A DNA stretch of 64,000 nt from Eledone cirrhosa. Its lineage: Eukaryota. The position numbers and the translations under genes are program-made. Numbering within the stretch: position 1 is the first letter of the stretch; each line of letters begins with the position of its first letter. Positions 40,000-52,720 of the stretch are shown here, piece after piece. The notes beneath the pieces were generated by a model, which saw only the letters and a program-made list of their open reading frames with translations, searched no databases and was not told the origin of the DNA. The DNA lies in NCBI GenBank assembly GCA_964016885.1, contig OZ024758.1, forward strand, positions 21,886,001 to 21,950,000. The letters are read 5' to 3'.

Positions 40000-40290
40000 T
40001 GATTGTTTCTTCCTTTGGCACAAGACCAGCAATTATCCCAGCGCATTGCTGGTACTTTATTTTATCGACCCAGTAAGAATGAAAGGCAAAGTTAACCTCG
40101 ATAGAGGGTCGGACACCATGCTTTGCAGCATAGAGTTACGGCCCTTTGCAGTCTGAGTTCAAATCCCGCCGAGGTTAACTTTGCCTTTCATCCTTACGGG
40201 GTCGATAAAATAGAGCACCAGTAATGTACTGGGGTCGATTTAATCGACTCCCCCCTCCAAATTGCTGGCCTTGTGCCTATACTAGAAATC
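40000..40290. mobile_element. SINE family 1: inverted 3' half (40000-40100, -) fused to a plus-strand copy (40102-40290)
   Basis: Body sequence is present in both orientations about 70 bp apart. Confidence 0.88.
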
Positions 40291-40356
40291 ATCACATTTA
40301 CCAACTTCTCGTTTTCATTTCATTTCATCTTCATTTCTCATCTTTTTCTTTTACAG

Positions 40357-40406
40357 TGTCGTCCAAGCTAGAGTCATCCCTATATGACAATATAGGTGAT
40401 ATACAG
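40357..40406 (+). CDS. Candidate 50-nt internal coding exon of an unidentified gene
   Basis: Long polypyrimidine tract ending TTTTCTTTTACAG and consensus donor CAG|GTAAGT. Exactly one frame is open: xSSKLESSLYDNIGDIQ (phase 1 to 0). Confidence 0.6.
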
Positions 40407-40483
40407 GTAAGTAATGATGCATTTGTATCTTCTTTTCTTTTATATACTGACAAAAAAAGGTGTCTCTTGCTTTCATATTAGCG

Positions 40484-41872
40484 TTGTAGCTGAGCTGTCT
40501 CTTACTTTATATTAGCATTGTACCTGAGTTGTCTTACCTTTATATTAGCATTGTACCTGAGCTTTCTCTTACTTTTATATTAGCATTGTACCTGAGCTGT
40601 CTCTTACTTTTATATTAGCATTGTACCTGAGTTGTCTCTTACTTTATATTAGCATTGTACCTGAGCTGTCTCTTTCTTTTATATTAACATTGTACCTGAG
40701 CTGTCTCTTACTTTATATTAGCATTGTACCTGAGCTGTCTCTTACTTTATATTAGCATTGTACCTGAGCTGTCTCTTACTTTATATTAGCATTGTACCTG
40801 AGCTTTCTCTTACTTTTATATTAGCATTGTATCTGAGCTTTCTCTTACTTTATATTAGCATTGTACCTGAGCTGTCTCTTACTTTTATATTAGCATTGTA
40901 CCTGAGCTGTCTCTTACTTTTATATTAGCATTGTACCTGAGCTGTCTCTTACTTTTATATTAGCATTGTACCTGAGCTGTCTCTTACTTTATATTAGCAT
41001 TGTACCTGAGCTGTCTCTTACTTTTATATTAGCATTGTACCTGAGCTGTCTCTTACTTTATATTAGCATTGTACCTGAGCTGTCTCTTACTTTATATTAG
41101 CATTGTACCTGAGCTTTCTCTTACTTTTATATTAGCATTGTACCTGAGCTTTCTCTTACTTTTATATTAGCATTGTATCTGAGCTTTCTCTTACTTTATA
41201 TTAGCATTGTACCTGAGCTGTCTCTTACTTTTATATTAACATTGTACCTGAGCTGTCTCTTACTTTATATTAGCATTGTACCTGAGCTGTCTCTTACTTT
41301 ATATTAGCATTGTACCTGAGCTTTCTCTTACTTTTATATTAGCATTGTATCTGAGCTTTCTCTTACTTTATATTAGCATTGTACCTGAGCTGTCTCTTAC
41401 TTTTATATTAGCATTGTACCTGAGCTGTCTCTTACTTTTATATTAGCATTGTACCTGAGCTGTCTCTTACTTTTATATTAGCATTGTACCTGAGCTGTCT
41501 CTTACTTTATATTAGCATTGTACCTGAGCTGTCTCTTACTTTTATATTAGCATTGTACCTGAGCTGTCTCTTACTTTATATTAGCATTGTACCTGAGCTG
41601 TCTCTTACTTTATATTAGCATTGTACCTGAGCTTTCTCTTACTTTTATATTAGCATTGTACCTGAGCTTTCTCTTACTTTTATATTAGCATTGTATCTGA
41701 GCTTTCTCTTACTTTATATTAGCATTGTACCTGAGCTGTCTCTTACTTTTATATTAACATTGTACCTGAGCTGTCTCTTACTTTATATTAGCATTGTGCC
41801 TGAGCTGTCGCTCACTTCTATATTAGCATTCTACCTGACCTGTCTCTTCTTCTATATTAACATTGTACCTGA
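40484..41872. repeat. 34-35-bp minisatellite, about 40 copies
   Basis: Unit CTGAGCTGTCTCTTACTTT(T)ATATTAGCATTGTAC, contiguous, with no spacers. Confidence 0.97.
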
Positions 41873-42294
41873 AACCATTCCGCTCCTGTATATAGCTTGT
41901 TTAGTTTTCTATCTTATTGTGATATATATAGAACTTCGTAGACTTGGAATACTGTTTCTGAAAATTAAATTTTTCCCAACTAGCTTATTTCTGTCTTTGT
42001 TCTTCCTTTGTGCACTTCATTAACTTTGACTTTCATTTCGCTTAAAATAGCTAACCTTGCAAATCATATTTGTTTTTACTTAAATACTACGTGGCTATTT
42101 ATTAATATGCGACAACTATTGGCTACATTGATTTCTGTAACAACATTTCCCATACATTCTTAAATACTGATGATTTTATTTAACTAGTCGCAAGTCCTCA
42201 GATATATATATATATATATAGAGAGAGAGAGGGGGAGATATGTGTGTGTGGGTATGTATATGTATATATATATATATATATATGTAAATGTGTC

Positions 42295-43112
<818 letters not shown>

Positions 43113-43123
43113 TATATAAAGGT

Positions 43124-43165
<42 letters not shown>

Positions 43166-43361
43166 CGTATATGCATATATATACATATATGCATATATAT
43201 ACATATATGTATATATATACGTATATGTATATTTATATATATATTTATATACGTATATGTATGTATATATATATATATATATATACACACACAGGGTGTC
43301 CCTGTACAGGCAATATTTATTAGAATGCTGTTGAAGTGTGTATACATTTTTTAGGACACAC

Positions 43362-43404
<43 letters not shown>

Positions 43405-44339
43405 ATACACTAAATAGGAAGATACGGTTGTGAATGCTCGTGTGTTTTCCAAACAAATTAACTACAAAACTGTAGTAATATAGATTCTGTCAGAAATCAA
43501 AATGTGATCGTAAGAAACGTGTCTTTTAAACTAAGGTCGTAAATTCCCAGAAGCCATATCTGAAACTGTTTGACTTTCGGAAAGAAACAAATGTGTAAAT
43601 AAAGTGAATTACATACAATCAAGAATTAGTCTCGGGTGGGTTAGTGTAGCTCATCAGGATATTAACCTTTGCTCTGTGATGTTTCTTTAAAACATATACA
43701 CCTCTTCTTCTTCTTCTTCTTCTTCTTCTTCTTCTTCTTCTTCTTCTTCTTCTTCTTCTTCTTCTTTCTTTTTTCTTCTTTTTCTTCCTTTTCTTCTTCT
43801 TTTTCTACTTTTTCTTCTTCATCCTCTTCTTGCTCCTCTTTTTCTTTTTTTCTTTCTTCCTTTTCTTCGTTTTCTTTTTCTTCTTTTTCTTTTTCCTTTT
43901 TTTCTTTTTTCCTTTTTCTTCTTTTTCTTCTTTTCCTTCTTTTTCTTCTTCGTCTTCGTCTTTTTCCTCGTCTTCGTCTTCTCCCACTTATTCCTGAGAG
44001 TGTCATGGGGGCAGATTTGAAATTCGATTTACAGTTATATATATATATATAAGATTAGATTAATAGTAATTTATTAAAATAAGTTTTTAATCAAGAGGTT
44101 AATTATTAAGAAGCACAGAAGAAAAAATAAAAGAAATAGGAATTAAATAACGAAAAAAAATTGTAAGAATAAACGAAATTATGAAGAGATGTTTCTATAC
44201 CTAAGTACTTGTTCCAAAGATATAAGATATATCCGTGTAGATTCTGTCAATTAACTTTCTTCTTCTGCTGGAAAAAAAGAATTGGTTTGAAAAACAAAAT
44301 TAATGAAATTATTAGAACAAAATAGATTGTAACTAATAA

Positions 44340-44850
44340 TAAGAGTTCCGCCGAAACTTTCATATTTAGACATAGCGTATTCAATGTAGGGGTGCTATTT
44401 TGGCAACAATGGAAGAGTTGGGGGTGTTGTTGTTATCTGCCAATGAAAAAGTATCTATTGAAAATAGAAAAGAATGAATCTTTCCTTTCACGTTTTCTGT
44501 GAAACTTTAGTAAATCTACAGAGAAGTCCTCCATCAATAAGTTTTCTGTTGCTGCCGAGTAATACAGTCTGTCATAATGCCAAATTAGTTGAAGTATGGC
44601 TGAAGGCAAACAGCATGCATGTTCTGAACCGGCCGATAAATAGTCCGGAAATGAATCCAATTGAGAACTCATGGCAGATTCTCAAACAATGGGTTTCATC
44701 AAAGAGATGCACTACTTTGGGCATTCCGAAAAACGGTATTGAGAACGAATAAGAACATTTATATGATGAAATTTTCCATTTCACATTGTTAAATCTAATC
44801 TCCAGTAGAATTTTAGTCTTAATAGAAGCTAGAGACCTCCTTCAAATATT
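44340..44850 (+). pseudogene. Tc1-family DDE transposase remnant
   Basis: NTVCHNAKLVEVWLKANSMHVLNRPINSPEMNPIENSWQILKQWV matches the Tc1 DNAPxH...WPxxSPDLNPIENxW motif; disrupted upstream. Confidence 0.85.
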
Positions 44851-45016
44851 GTATATATTAAATGTTCGTTGGAAATAATTTCACAATCTATTTATCTTGT
44901 TTCCAACTATTTCGCTTTGTATTTCTAAATATTCCTCCCGTCATAATTATACTATCATCAATTTTTTATTCGCAATTTTCATATTTAATAATTTTTTTTG
45001 TGTTCATAATATTACT

Positions 45017-45209
45017 AAATAATTGTTTCTACTTTAGGCACAAGGCCAGCAATTACCCAGTGCATTACTGGTACTTTATTTTATCGACCCCGTAAGGATG
45101 AAAGGCAAAGTCAACCTCGGCGGGATTTGAACTCAGATCGTAAAGGGACGTAACTATGCTGGAAAGCATGGCGTCCGACCCTCTACTGATACTGCCAATC
45201 CACCGCCCT
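45017..45209 (-). mobile_element. SINE family 1, full copy
   Basis: Reverse-complement match, flanked by TAATATTACTAAATAAT direct repeats (target-site duplication). Confidence 0.92.
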
Positions 45210-45608
45210 AATATTACTAAATAATGAATAATATTACTAAATAATGAATAATATTACTAAATAATGCTTCAAATCTTATTAAATGTCTTTAAACTACTAA
45301 AGTTCAAAGCTATTTCTCATCTTTATGTGTGCTAATGTGTGCACATGTGTCTGCGCATACATGTGAGTATGTGTTGTTTATACGTGTGTATGTCTTTGTG
45401 TGTGTACGTCGGTTTCTCTGTGCGTATGTGTACCTCATTAGTAAGGTCAGAGAAGGGGTGGCAATTTCTATAGCCATGCCTGTCTGTCTCGAATTGGCCT
45501 GAAAAGCCACGAGCATGTGCACAGTCAACGTGGACCACGCCTTTCATAATCTTCGTTCGCGAAGCGATGCCATGTTGCTGATGATGATGATGATATATGA
45601 CGAATCTA

Positions 45609-45813
45609 CAGGGTGGTCCGAAAGTCTTGTCACTGCCTACCATAAAGTAATGAGAAACAGTTTATGTTCCCATCGCAGTACCATCCTCTTTGGAGGAGCT
45701 GGTTTGCCGAATCTTGCAGTGAAGTCATGTCACACATCCTCCATGCTCTTGCCACAATGCACACGACCATGTGTCCATACACTTGCAAGCAGCCTCTCTT
45801 CCAAACTATAGGA
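45609..45813 (-). pseudogene. Internally deleted mariner-like transposon: N-terminal HTH region (DUF4817-like) plus one TIR
   Basis: Minus strand encodes YSLEERLLASVWTHGRVHCGKSMEDV*HDFTARFGKPAPPKRMVLRWEHKLF; TA-CAGGGTGGTCC terminus at 45607-45619. Confidence 0.7.
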
Positions 45814-45849
45814 GCTCTTGATATTACAAATTATATTATTAAAACAAAA

Positions 45850-46175
45850 AATAATTGTTTCTACTTTTGGCACAAGGCCAGCAGTTGGCCAGTACATTAC
45901 TGGTACTTTATTTTATTGACCCCGTAAAGATGAAAGGCAAAGTTAACCTCGGCGGGATTTGAACGCAGACCATAAAGGGCCGTAACTCTTTTCTGCCAAG
46001 GTAACCTCAGCGGGATTTGAACGCAGACCATAAAGGGCCGTAACTCTTTGCTGCCAAGGTAACCTCGGCGGGATTTGAACGCAGACCATAAAGGGCCGTA
46101 ACTCTTTGCTGCCAAGGTAGCCCCAGCGGGATTTGAGCGCAGACCATAAAGGGCCGTAACTCTTTGCTGCCAAGG
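45850..46175 (-). mobile_element. SINE family 1 with its B-box segment amplified as 4 x 58 bp
   Basis: GAACGCAGACCATAAAGGGCCG at 45961, 46019, 46077 and 46135. Confidence 0.9.
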
Positions 46176-46457
46176 ATTGACAAGACTTTCGGTATATTAC
46201 AGTGACAGTCTCAAACTCTAGAAGTAAAGTCTACACCAACCACATTGGTCTGACTAACTATTAAAAAGTAACATCACACGCCAACATTAATTCATTCTAG
46301 AGTTGAGACTATTAATGCCTAGAAACATTAATAATGGATTTTGAATCTACAAGTAGATAATTCTAAATTAGGAGAAAATAAGATAAATTAAAAGATGAAT
46401 CTAGAACACAGTCGTTTTTTTAATTCAATATAATGTTTCCAAAAGAAAAGATGTTAC

Positions 46458-46505
<48 letters not shown>

Positions 46506-46919
46506 ATATATATATATATATATATACTGTATATCTACATATATATATATATGTATATGTGTATATAAATCCATGTATATGTGTGTATGTATATATATAT
46601 ACATATATGTGTGTATATATATGTGTATATATATATAATTGGTCGTTTTGGAAGCCTCAACAATGCAGGTGGGTAAATCTCCGGGTAATAGAATCAGGTG
46701 GTAATGAGAGAGATGTAAGAGGAAATGTAGAATGAGACGTATAGAGTGTAGAGGAACGTAGGAAAGAGTGTAAATATAATAACACGAGATAGGGTTACCT
46801 TGGAAGTGATTTAATTGTCCCTATATTTCGGATTTCGCATCCATCAACTGGGGGTTTTCCGACGGGGAATGTTTTTAGTCGGAGAGGGGCAACATGTGGC
46901 CTCTGTTGTCTATCGTGTG

Positions 46920-46950
<31 letters not shown>

Positions 46951-47141
46951 ATAGAATATATATCACTATAGCATCATAATTTATTTCGTTATATATATTT
47001 CAGGGATACTAAGTTATAATATGCCTTATTCAGACAAAATACAATATTAGATGTATAAAATGTGACATACTCATAAAATAGATCACATGCGATCAATTTA
47101 AAATGGGTATGTATATATATAAATATATATATATATATATT

Positions 47142-47172
<31 letters not shown>

Positions 47173-47257
47173 AAAAGGTAAATACAAATAACAACACAAT
47201 CGGTACAGTATATGGAAGGGATAGATTAGGTTAACGCTTGATATAGCAGGAAGAGGG

Positions 47258-47293
47258 TCTTAACGTTTCGGACGCTAGTCCTTCATCAGAAGA
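47258..47293 (-). ncRNA. Minimal type I hammerhead ribozyme motif
   Basis: Minus strand reads TCTT-CTGATGA-A-GGAC-TAGC-GTCC-GAAACGTT-AAGA; stem III is the palindrome ACGT. Confidence 0.78.
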
Positions 47294-47933
47294 AAGAATG
47301 AGAAATAAGATAGATTGAGGGGACGGTTGGAATTGGAAAAAATATTTTTGGATAAAAATAACAGGTCCATTCATGTATATATATATATGGACAGGAATTA
47401 GTATATTTGAATACTTAATTCTTTTCTTGTTCTGTCGTGTGGGTTTTTTTAAAGCTTCTTTTTTACTTGTTTTCGTTGAGATATTTTTTCTCTACAATTT
47501 TTGAAAGAAAATTTCGTGGCATTGAGTTTTGTAATAAAGGATTTGTTTTCGATAAACTAGTTATATACATATATATACATACTACTGTACATCTGTATAC
47601 ATATATGTATGTACGTATACATACTTATATTTAGTTATATCCGTTTTCTATTTAAAGAGATAAACTTGTGTGGATTGAAGCAGCTTTCATTAATTCTCTC
47701 CTTTAACCATTGCTGTTTGAACTTGTGACTGACATTAGCAATCACTGTTTCCCATGATTACCATCAAATGACCTTAGACATTGGTGTTAAACTGCTTTAT
47801 TTTAATATCTAAATCGTATTGGTTGCTCCGTCCTCTTAGTTCGCTTTATTTTTCTTCTTCTAATTCTTCTTCGTTTTCTTCATATTCTTCTTTTGTCTTC
47901 TCTCACTCTATCAACTACGTTTTGTCTTCATAT

Positions 47934-48005
<72 letters not shown>

Positions 48006-48124
48006 ATGTGTGTATGAATATGTATTTCTATAAGTAATAGTAATCTCTCTCTCTCTCACACACTCTCTAGATCTTTCCTTCACTGTTTTCTCTTTTTCAC
48101 TCTCTTTCTACCAATCAATCAATC

Positions 48125-48156
<32 letters not shown>

Positions 48157-48213
48157 GGTCTGTCTGTTTAGTTTTCACTTCACCCATAGTTCTACATTAC
48201 TTACAGACAGATA

Positions 48214-48262
<49 letters not shown>

Positions 48263-48265
<3 letters not shown>

Positions 48266-48620
48266 CAAAAGGGATATTCAGTTTGTTGGTAATTCAACAA
48301 ATATAAATGTTCAAAGAACTCGACAATTTTTCTGGAGTATAATATCAATGATATTAAATAAATGGAAACTATATTTACAAAACCATATTTATTCTATTAT
48401 ATATATTTCAAGGGTACCAAAACTTTGGTTCGCCCTCATCAGATAAAATACAAAGTTTGTTTTATAAATATTGACATAACCAGGAAAGAATAACTTAACG
48501 GTTCACTATCCAGGAAAAGCTTGAACCGTTAAGTTATTCTTTCTTGGTATCCTTGAAATATATATAATAGAATAAATATGGTTTTTTTAAATATAGTTTC
48601 CATTTATTTAATATCATTGT
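48263..48620. mobile_element. Family C fold-back element; hammerhead at 48390-48450 (-), right arm internally deleted
   Basis: Homologous to 50500-50992. Minus strand reads TATTTTAT-CTGATGA-GGGCG..CCCTT-GAAATATATATA-ATAGAATA. Confidence 0.78.
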
Positions 48621-48640
48621 ATATATATATATATATATAT

Positions 48641-49463
48641 GATTTGTCCAGGTGTATCTTTTCAACCTGTTAGTTTTTACGTTAGTTTGGTATTGTGTGT
48701 TAGCTTTTGCCTATCACAATGTTCAATTTGTCAAGCTATTTAAACGTATGTTGTTACTCTAAGGACCTACCCTTATTGAGTGCTTTGCTAACTCATTCAT
48801 ATTGTAGGTCGACTTTGCTTGTCCACAGCCAAACATTCGATTTTACTAAGCCTCCACTTATATTATTTTTTCCTAGATTTAATAATTAACTAATTAATTT
48901 AATAAGACAATTGATTAGTTGATTAGTTAATTATTTGTGTTTGTTTAATAACATCTGGTTGAGAGCTTTTATTCTGAATGTTAGCGGAAATTATGATATT
49001 TCCTTTGTCTAACACTTTGAATCTACCCGCCAAAAACCGGGGATTGATTCCCTTGTTGGACAACTAAATGTACGATTTGCTTGCTCATAGCAGCACCATT
49101 TAGCGTCCGCCCCGATCTTTAGCAGAACGAAATTCCTGTTGATGAAATGAGTCCTCTGTTCGATCATGGAATACCACGAGCGTGCCAGTTACGTAAGTCG
49201 GATATTTGATTTCGGATTCATAGAAACACTTTAAACGTATAACGTTTGATTTGTCCAGGTGTATCTTTTCGACCTGTTGGTTTTTTCGTTACTTTGGTAT
49301 TGTGTGTTAGCTTTTGCCTACCACAATGTTCAATTTGTCAAGCTATTTTAACGTATGTTATTACTCTAAGGACCTACCCTTATTGAGTACTTTGCTAACT
49401 CATTCATATTGTTGGTCGACTTTGCTTGCCCACAGTCAAACATTCGATTTTACTAAGCCTCCA

Positions 49464-49467
<4 letters not shown>
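48641..49467. mobile_element. Non-coding element with 220-bp direct terminal repeats in (TA)n
   Basis: 48641-48860 and 49248-49467 are close direct repeats around a 387-bp core. Confidence 0.6.
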
Positions 49468-49533
<66 letters not shown>

Positions 49534-49891
49534 TCACACTGTGTTTATGTCTGGTCTGCTTGCAAGGACACCTCTCTATGCATAATATCTTTTTATATTT
49601 ATCTATATCAATCTAATTCTAGTTTTCTTCTCGTCATCTACAAATCTATATATTAACATTTTCTTTCTTTTTAACGTCGGAGTTTCTGGCCACCGATTGC
49701 AAGGACAATCTCAGTTTGAGATGCTACAGTAGCATCTCAAACTATATATAAACATGAAGTATAATTTTAACCTGCTGACTTCTATTTGCGGAGTAAACAG
49801 ACTCACCTGCGCCCTTCGTTGAGTGTTCTAGCCTGCATACTGAAGTGTTGGTCATTAACAAACACAAACTCGAATTTATATATATATACAT

Positions 49892-49962
<71 letters not shown>

Positions 49963-50086
49963 GTAGGAGGTGAGTTTTATTGTAGCACAATAAAGCAATG
50001 CAAATATCGGATAAGTAGCACTCTACAGTTTGTAGGACTGGAGTATAAATAATATAAGATCAAAAGATGGTTAAAAGAGTTCCATG

Positions 50087-50157
50087 TATTTTATTATGCG
50101 CATTTCAAATACAAATATCATTGTGAGATGATATCTGCGTTTTCATCAAATAAAATA
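50087..50157 (-). ncRNA. Type I hammerhead motif, C3U core variant
   Basis: Minus strand reads TATTTTAT-TTGATGA-AAACGCAGATATCAT-CTCACA-ATGATATTTGTATTT-GAAA-TGCGCAT-A-ATAAAATA; stem III is the palindrome ATGCGCAT. Confidence 0.72.
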
Positions 50158-50210
50158 GGGATACATGATATGAAGGTTAAAAAACACTTGTGAATAGTGA
50201 AGTTTTAAAT

Positions 50211-50261
<51 letters not shown>

Positions 50262-50265
<4 letters not shown>

Positions 50266-50445
50266 TTTATCCCGGCTTCAATCGGGTGTAGCCACAGTTA
50301 GTAAGGTACTCAATACAAAGCAAAGAATAAATATTTAAACTAGAAATGGTTTCTACAGGACTAGAACTGTTTCATTCGGGAGAAGTCATCAGGAAGCCCT
50401 GATGATTTCTACCGAATAAAACAGTTCTAGTCCTGTAGAAGCCAT

Positions 50446-50450
<5 letters not shown>
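50262..50450. mobile_element. Family B fold-back element
   Basis: Tail plus inverted arms of about 50 bp centred near 50395 (TCATCAGG-AAGC-CCTGATGA); (TA)n flanks. Confidence 0.78.
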
Positions 50451-50499
<49 letters not shown>

Positions 50500-50503
<4 letters not shown>

Positions 50504-50990
50504 CAAAGAGATATTTAATTTGTTGATAATTCAACAAATTTAATAATAATATATAAGCAAAGAGATATTTAATTTGTTGATAATTCAACAAATTTATTTA
50601 TAATAGATTCGAAGCACTCAACAAATTTTCTGGAGTATAATATCCATGATATTAATAAATGGAAAACTATATTTATAAAACCATATTTATTTTATTATAT
50701 ATATTTCGAGGGTACCAAAAACTTTGGTACGCCCTCATCAGATAAAATACAAAATTTGTTTTATAAATAGTGACATATCCCAGCAACCAGACCTTATCGG
50801 TTCAGGTTTCGTTTGGATATCCAAACAGAACCTGAACTGATAAGGTCTGGTTTCTAGGGTATGTCACTATTTATAAAACAAATTTTGTATTTTATCTGAT
50901 GAGGGCGTACCAAATTTTTTGGTACCCTTGAAATATATATAATAAAATAAATATGGTTTATAAATAATGTTTTCCATTTATTAATATCAT

Positions 50991-50992
<2 letters not shown>
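50500..50992. mobile_element. Family C fold-back element with two intact hammerheads
   Basis: About 172-bp arms centred on 50818/50819 (TTTGGATATCCAAA). Hammerheads at 50688-50749 (-) and 50888-50949 (+), each with 8-bp stem I TATTTTAT/ATAAAATA. Confidence 0.85.
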
Positions 50993-51024
<32 letters not shown>

Positions 51025-51589
51025 GAAAATGAAAATGTTTGAGATGAGATCTGGTTCATAAAACTCTATTTACGTATGTAGATGTAATTTATGAAAAGCA
51101 AATCATTTTTAAAGATGGGGTTAATAGTCTGAAATATTATAATTTTATTTAGATAAATTCTGCTTCAACTAAAACATTTCTTTCTGCGAATAATAATATA
51201 TGCTGATTGTAAAATATACTTTCTCATAGAAAGGTAATCCAGTATATGTGTGTTAGCTGGGGGAGGTTTTAGAGAAAATATCTTTGTTATCTCTCTTTAC
51301 TTTCTCAGTTGAAATCTCGCCCAGGGCTTCTTTACTTTTCATCCTTAAAATAAATACTTTTCATCTTTATAATAATTGCCTAGCATTGATAAAAATAAAA
51401 CTAAAACTACTGTCCAATGATTTAAACCAGTAAAAGAGAATGGTCTCTAAATAACGTTGTTGCAGTTGAAATTCGTTTAGTGAGGGCTTGAGAACTTAAG
51501 TGAACTTAGGAGATTCATCAGGATTTTATTTTTTTTAGGGGGGGGGGGGGGGGGGGGGGCAGTGGTCTCGACATAGAAATATGATGTTG

Positions 51590-52720
51590 TAGGCACTGGT
51601 TCAAATAGAACTATTCCATGTGTTGTTGTGGTACTGATTCAAATACAACAGTTCCGTGTGGTGTTGGTGTTGTCACTGCTAACATAGGAACTGTATTGCT
51701 GCTGTCGAAGGCACAGGTTCAAATACAAATATTCCATGTTGTTGTTGTTACTATTGTTGTACTGGTTCAAATACAACTACTCCCTGTGTTGTTGTTGTTG
51801 CTGTCGTAAACACTGGTTCATGTTGTTGTTGTTGTTGCTATCGTAGGCACTGATTCATGTGTTGTTGTTGCTGTCGTAAGCACTGGTTTATGTTGTTGTT
51901 GTTGTTGTTGTTGTCGTCGTAGGCACTGGTTCATGTTGTTGTTGTTGTCGTCGTAGGCACTGGTTCATGTTGTTGTTGTTGTCGTCGTAGGCACTGGTTC
52001 ATGTTGTTGTTGTTGTTGCCGTAGGCACTGGTTCATGTTGTTGTTGTTGTTGCCGTAGGCACTGTTTCAGATTGAACTATTCCATGTGTTGTTGTTATTG
52101 CTGTCGTAAGCACTGATTCATTTTGTTGTTGTTGCTGTCGTAAGCACTGGTTCGTGGTGTTGTTGTTGTTGTTGTTGTCATCGTAAGCACTAGCTCCTTT
52201 TGTTGTTGTTGTTATTGCTGTCGTAAGCACTGGTTCGTGTTGTTGTTGTTGTTGTTGTCATCGTAAGCACTAGCTCATTTTGTTGTTGTTGTTATTGCTG
52301 TCGTAAGCACTGGTTCGTGTTGTTGTTATTGTTGTTGTCGTCGTAAGCACTAGCTCATTTTGTTGTTGTTGTTATTGTTGTCGTAAGCACTGGTTCGTGT
52401 TGTTGTTGTTGTCGTCGTAAGCACTAGCTCATGTTGTTATTGTTGTTGTCGTAAGCACTGGTTCGTGTTGTTGTTGTCGTCGTCGTAAGCACTAGCTCCT
52501 TTTGTTGTTGTTGCTGTCGTAAGCACTGGTTCGTGTTGTTATTGTTGTCGTAAGCATTAGCTCATGTTGTTGTTGTTGTTATTGCTGTCGTAAGCACTGG
52601 TTCGTGTTGTTGTTGTTGTTGTTGTCGTCGTAAGCACTAGCCCATGTTGTTGTTGTTGTTGTTATTGCTGTCGTAAGCACTTGTTCGTGTTGTGGTTATT
52701 GCTGTCATAGGCAGTAGTTC
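51590..52720. repeat. Minisatellite of constant GTCGTAAGCACTRG(T/C)TC blocks separated by variable (GTT)n
   Basis: Roughly 30 units of about 30-40 bp. Confidence 0.92.

Noticed and set aside
40484-41872. CRISPR array (35-bp repeat)
   Set aside because: Units are contiguous with no unique spacers, there are no cas genes, and the context is eukaryotic. The same applies to 51590-52720 and 62530-63125.
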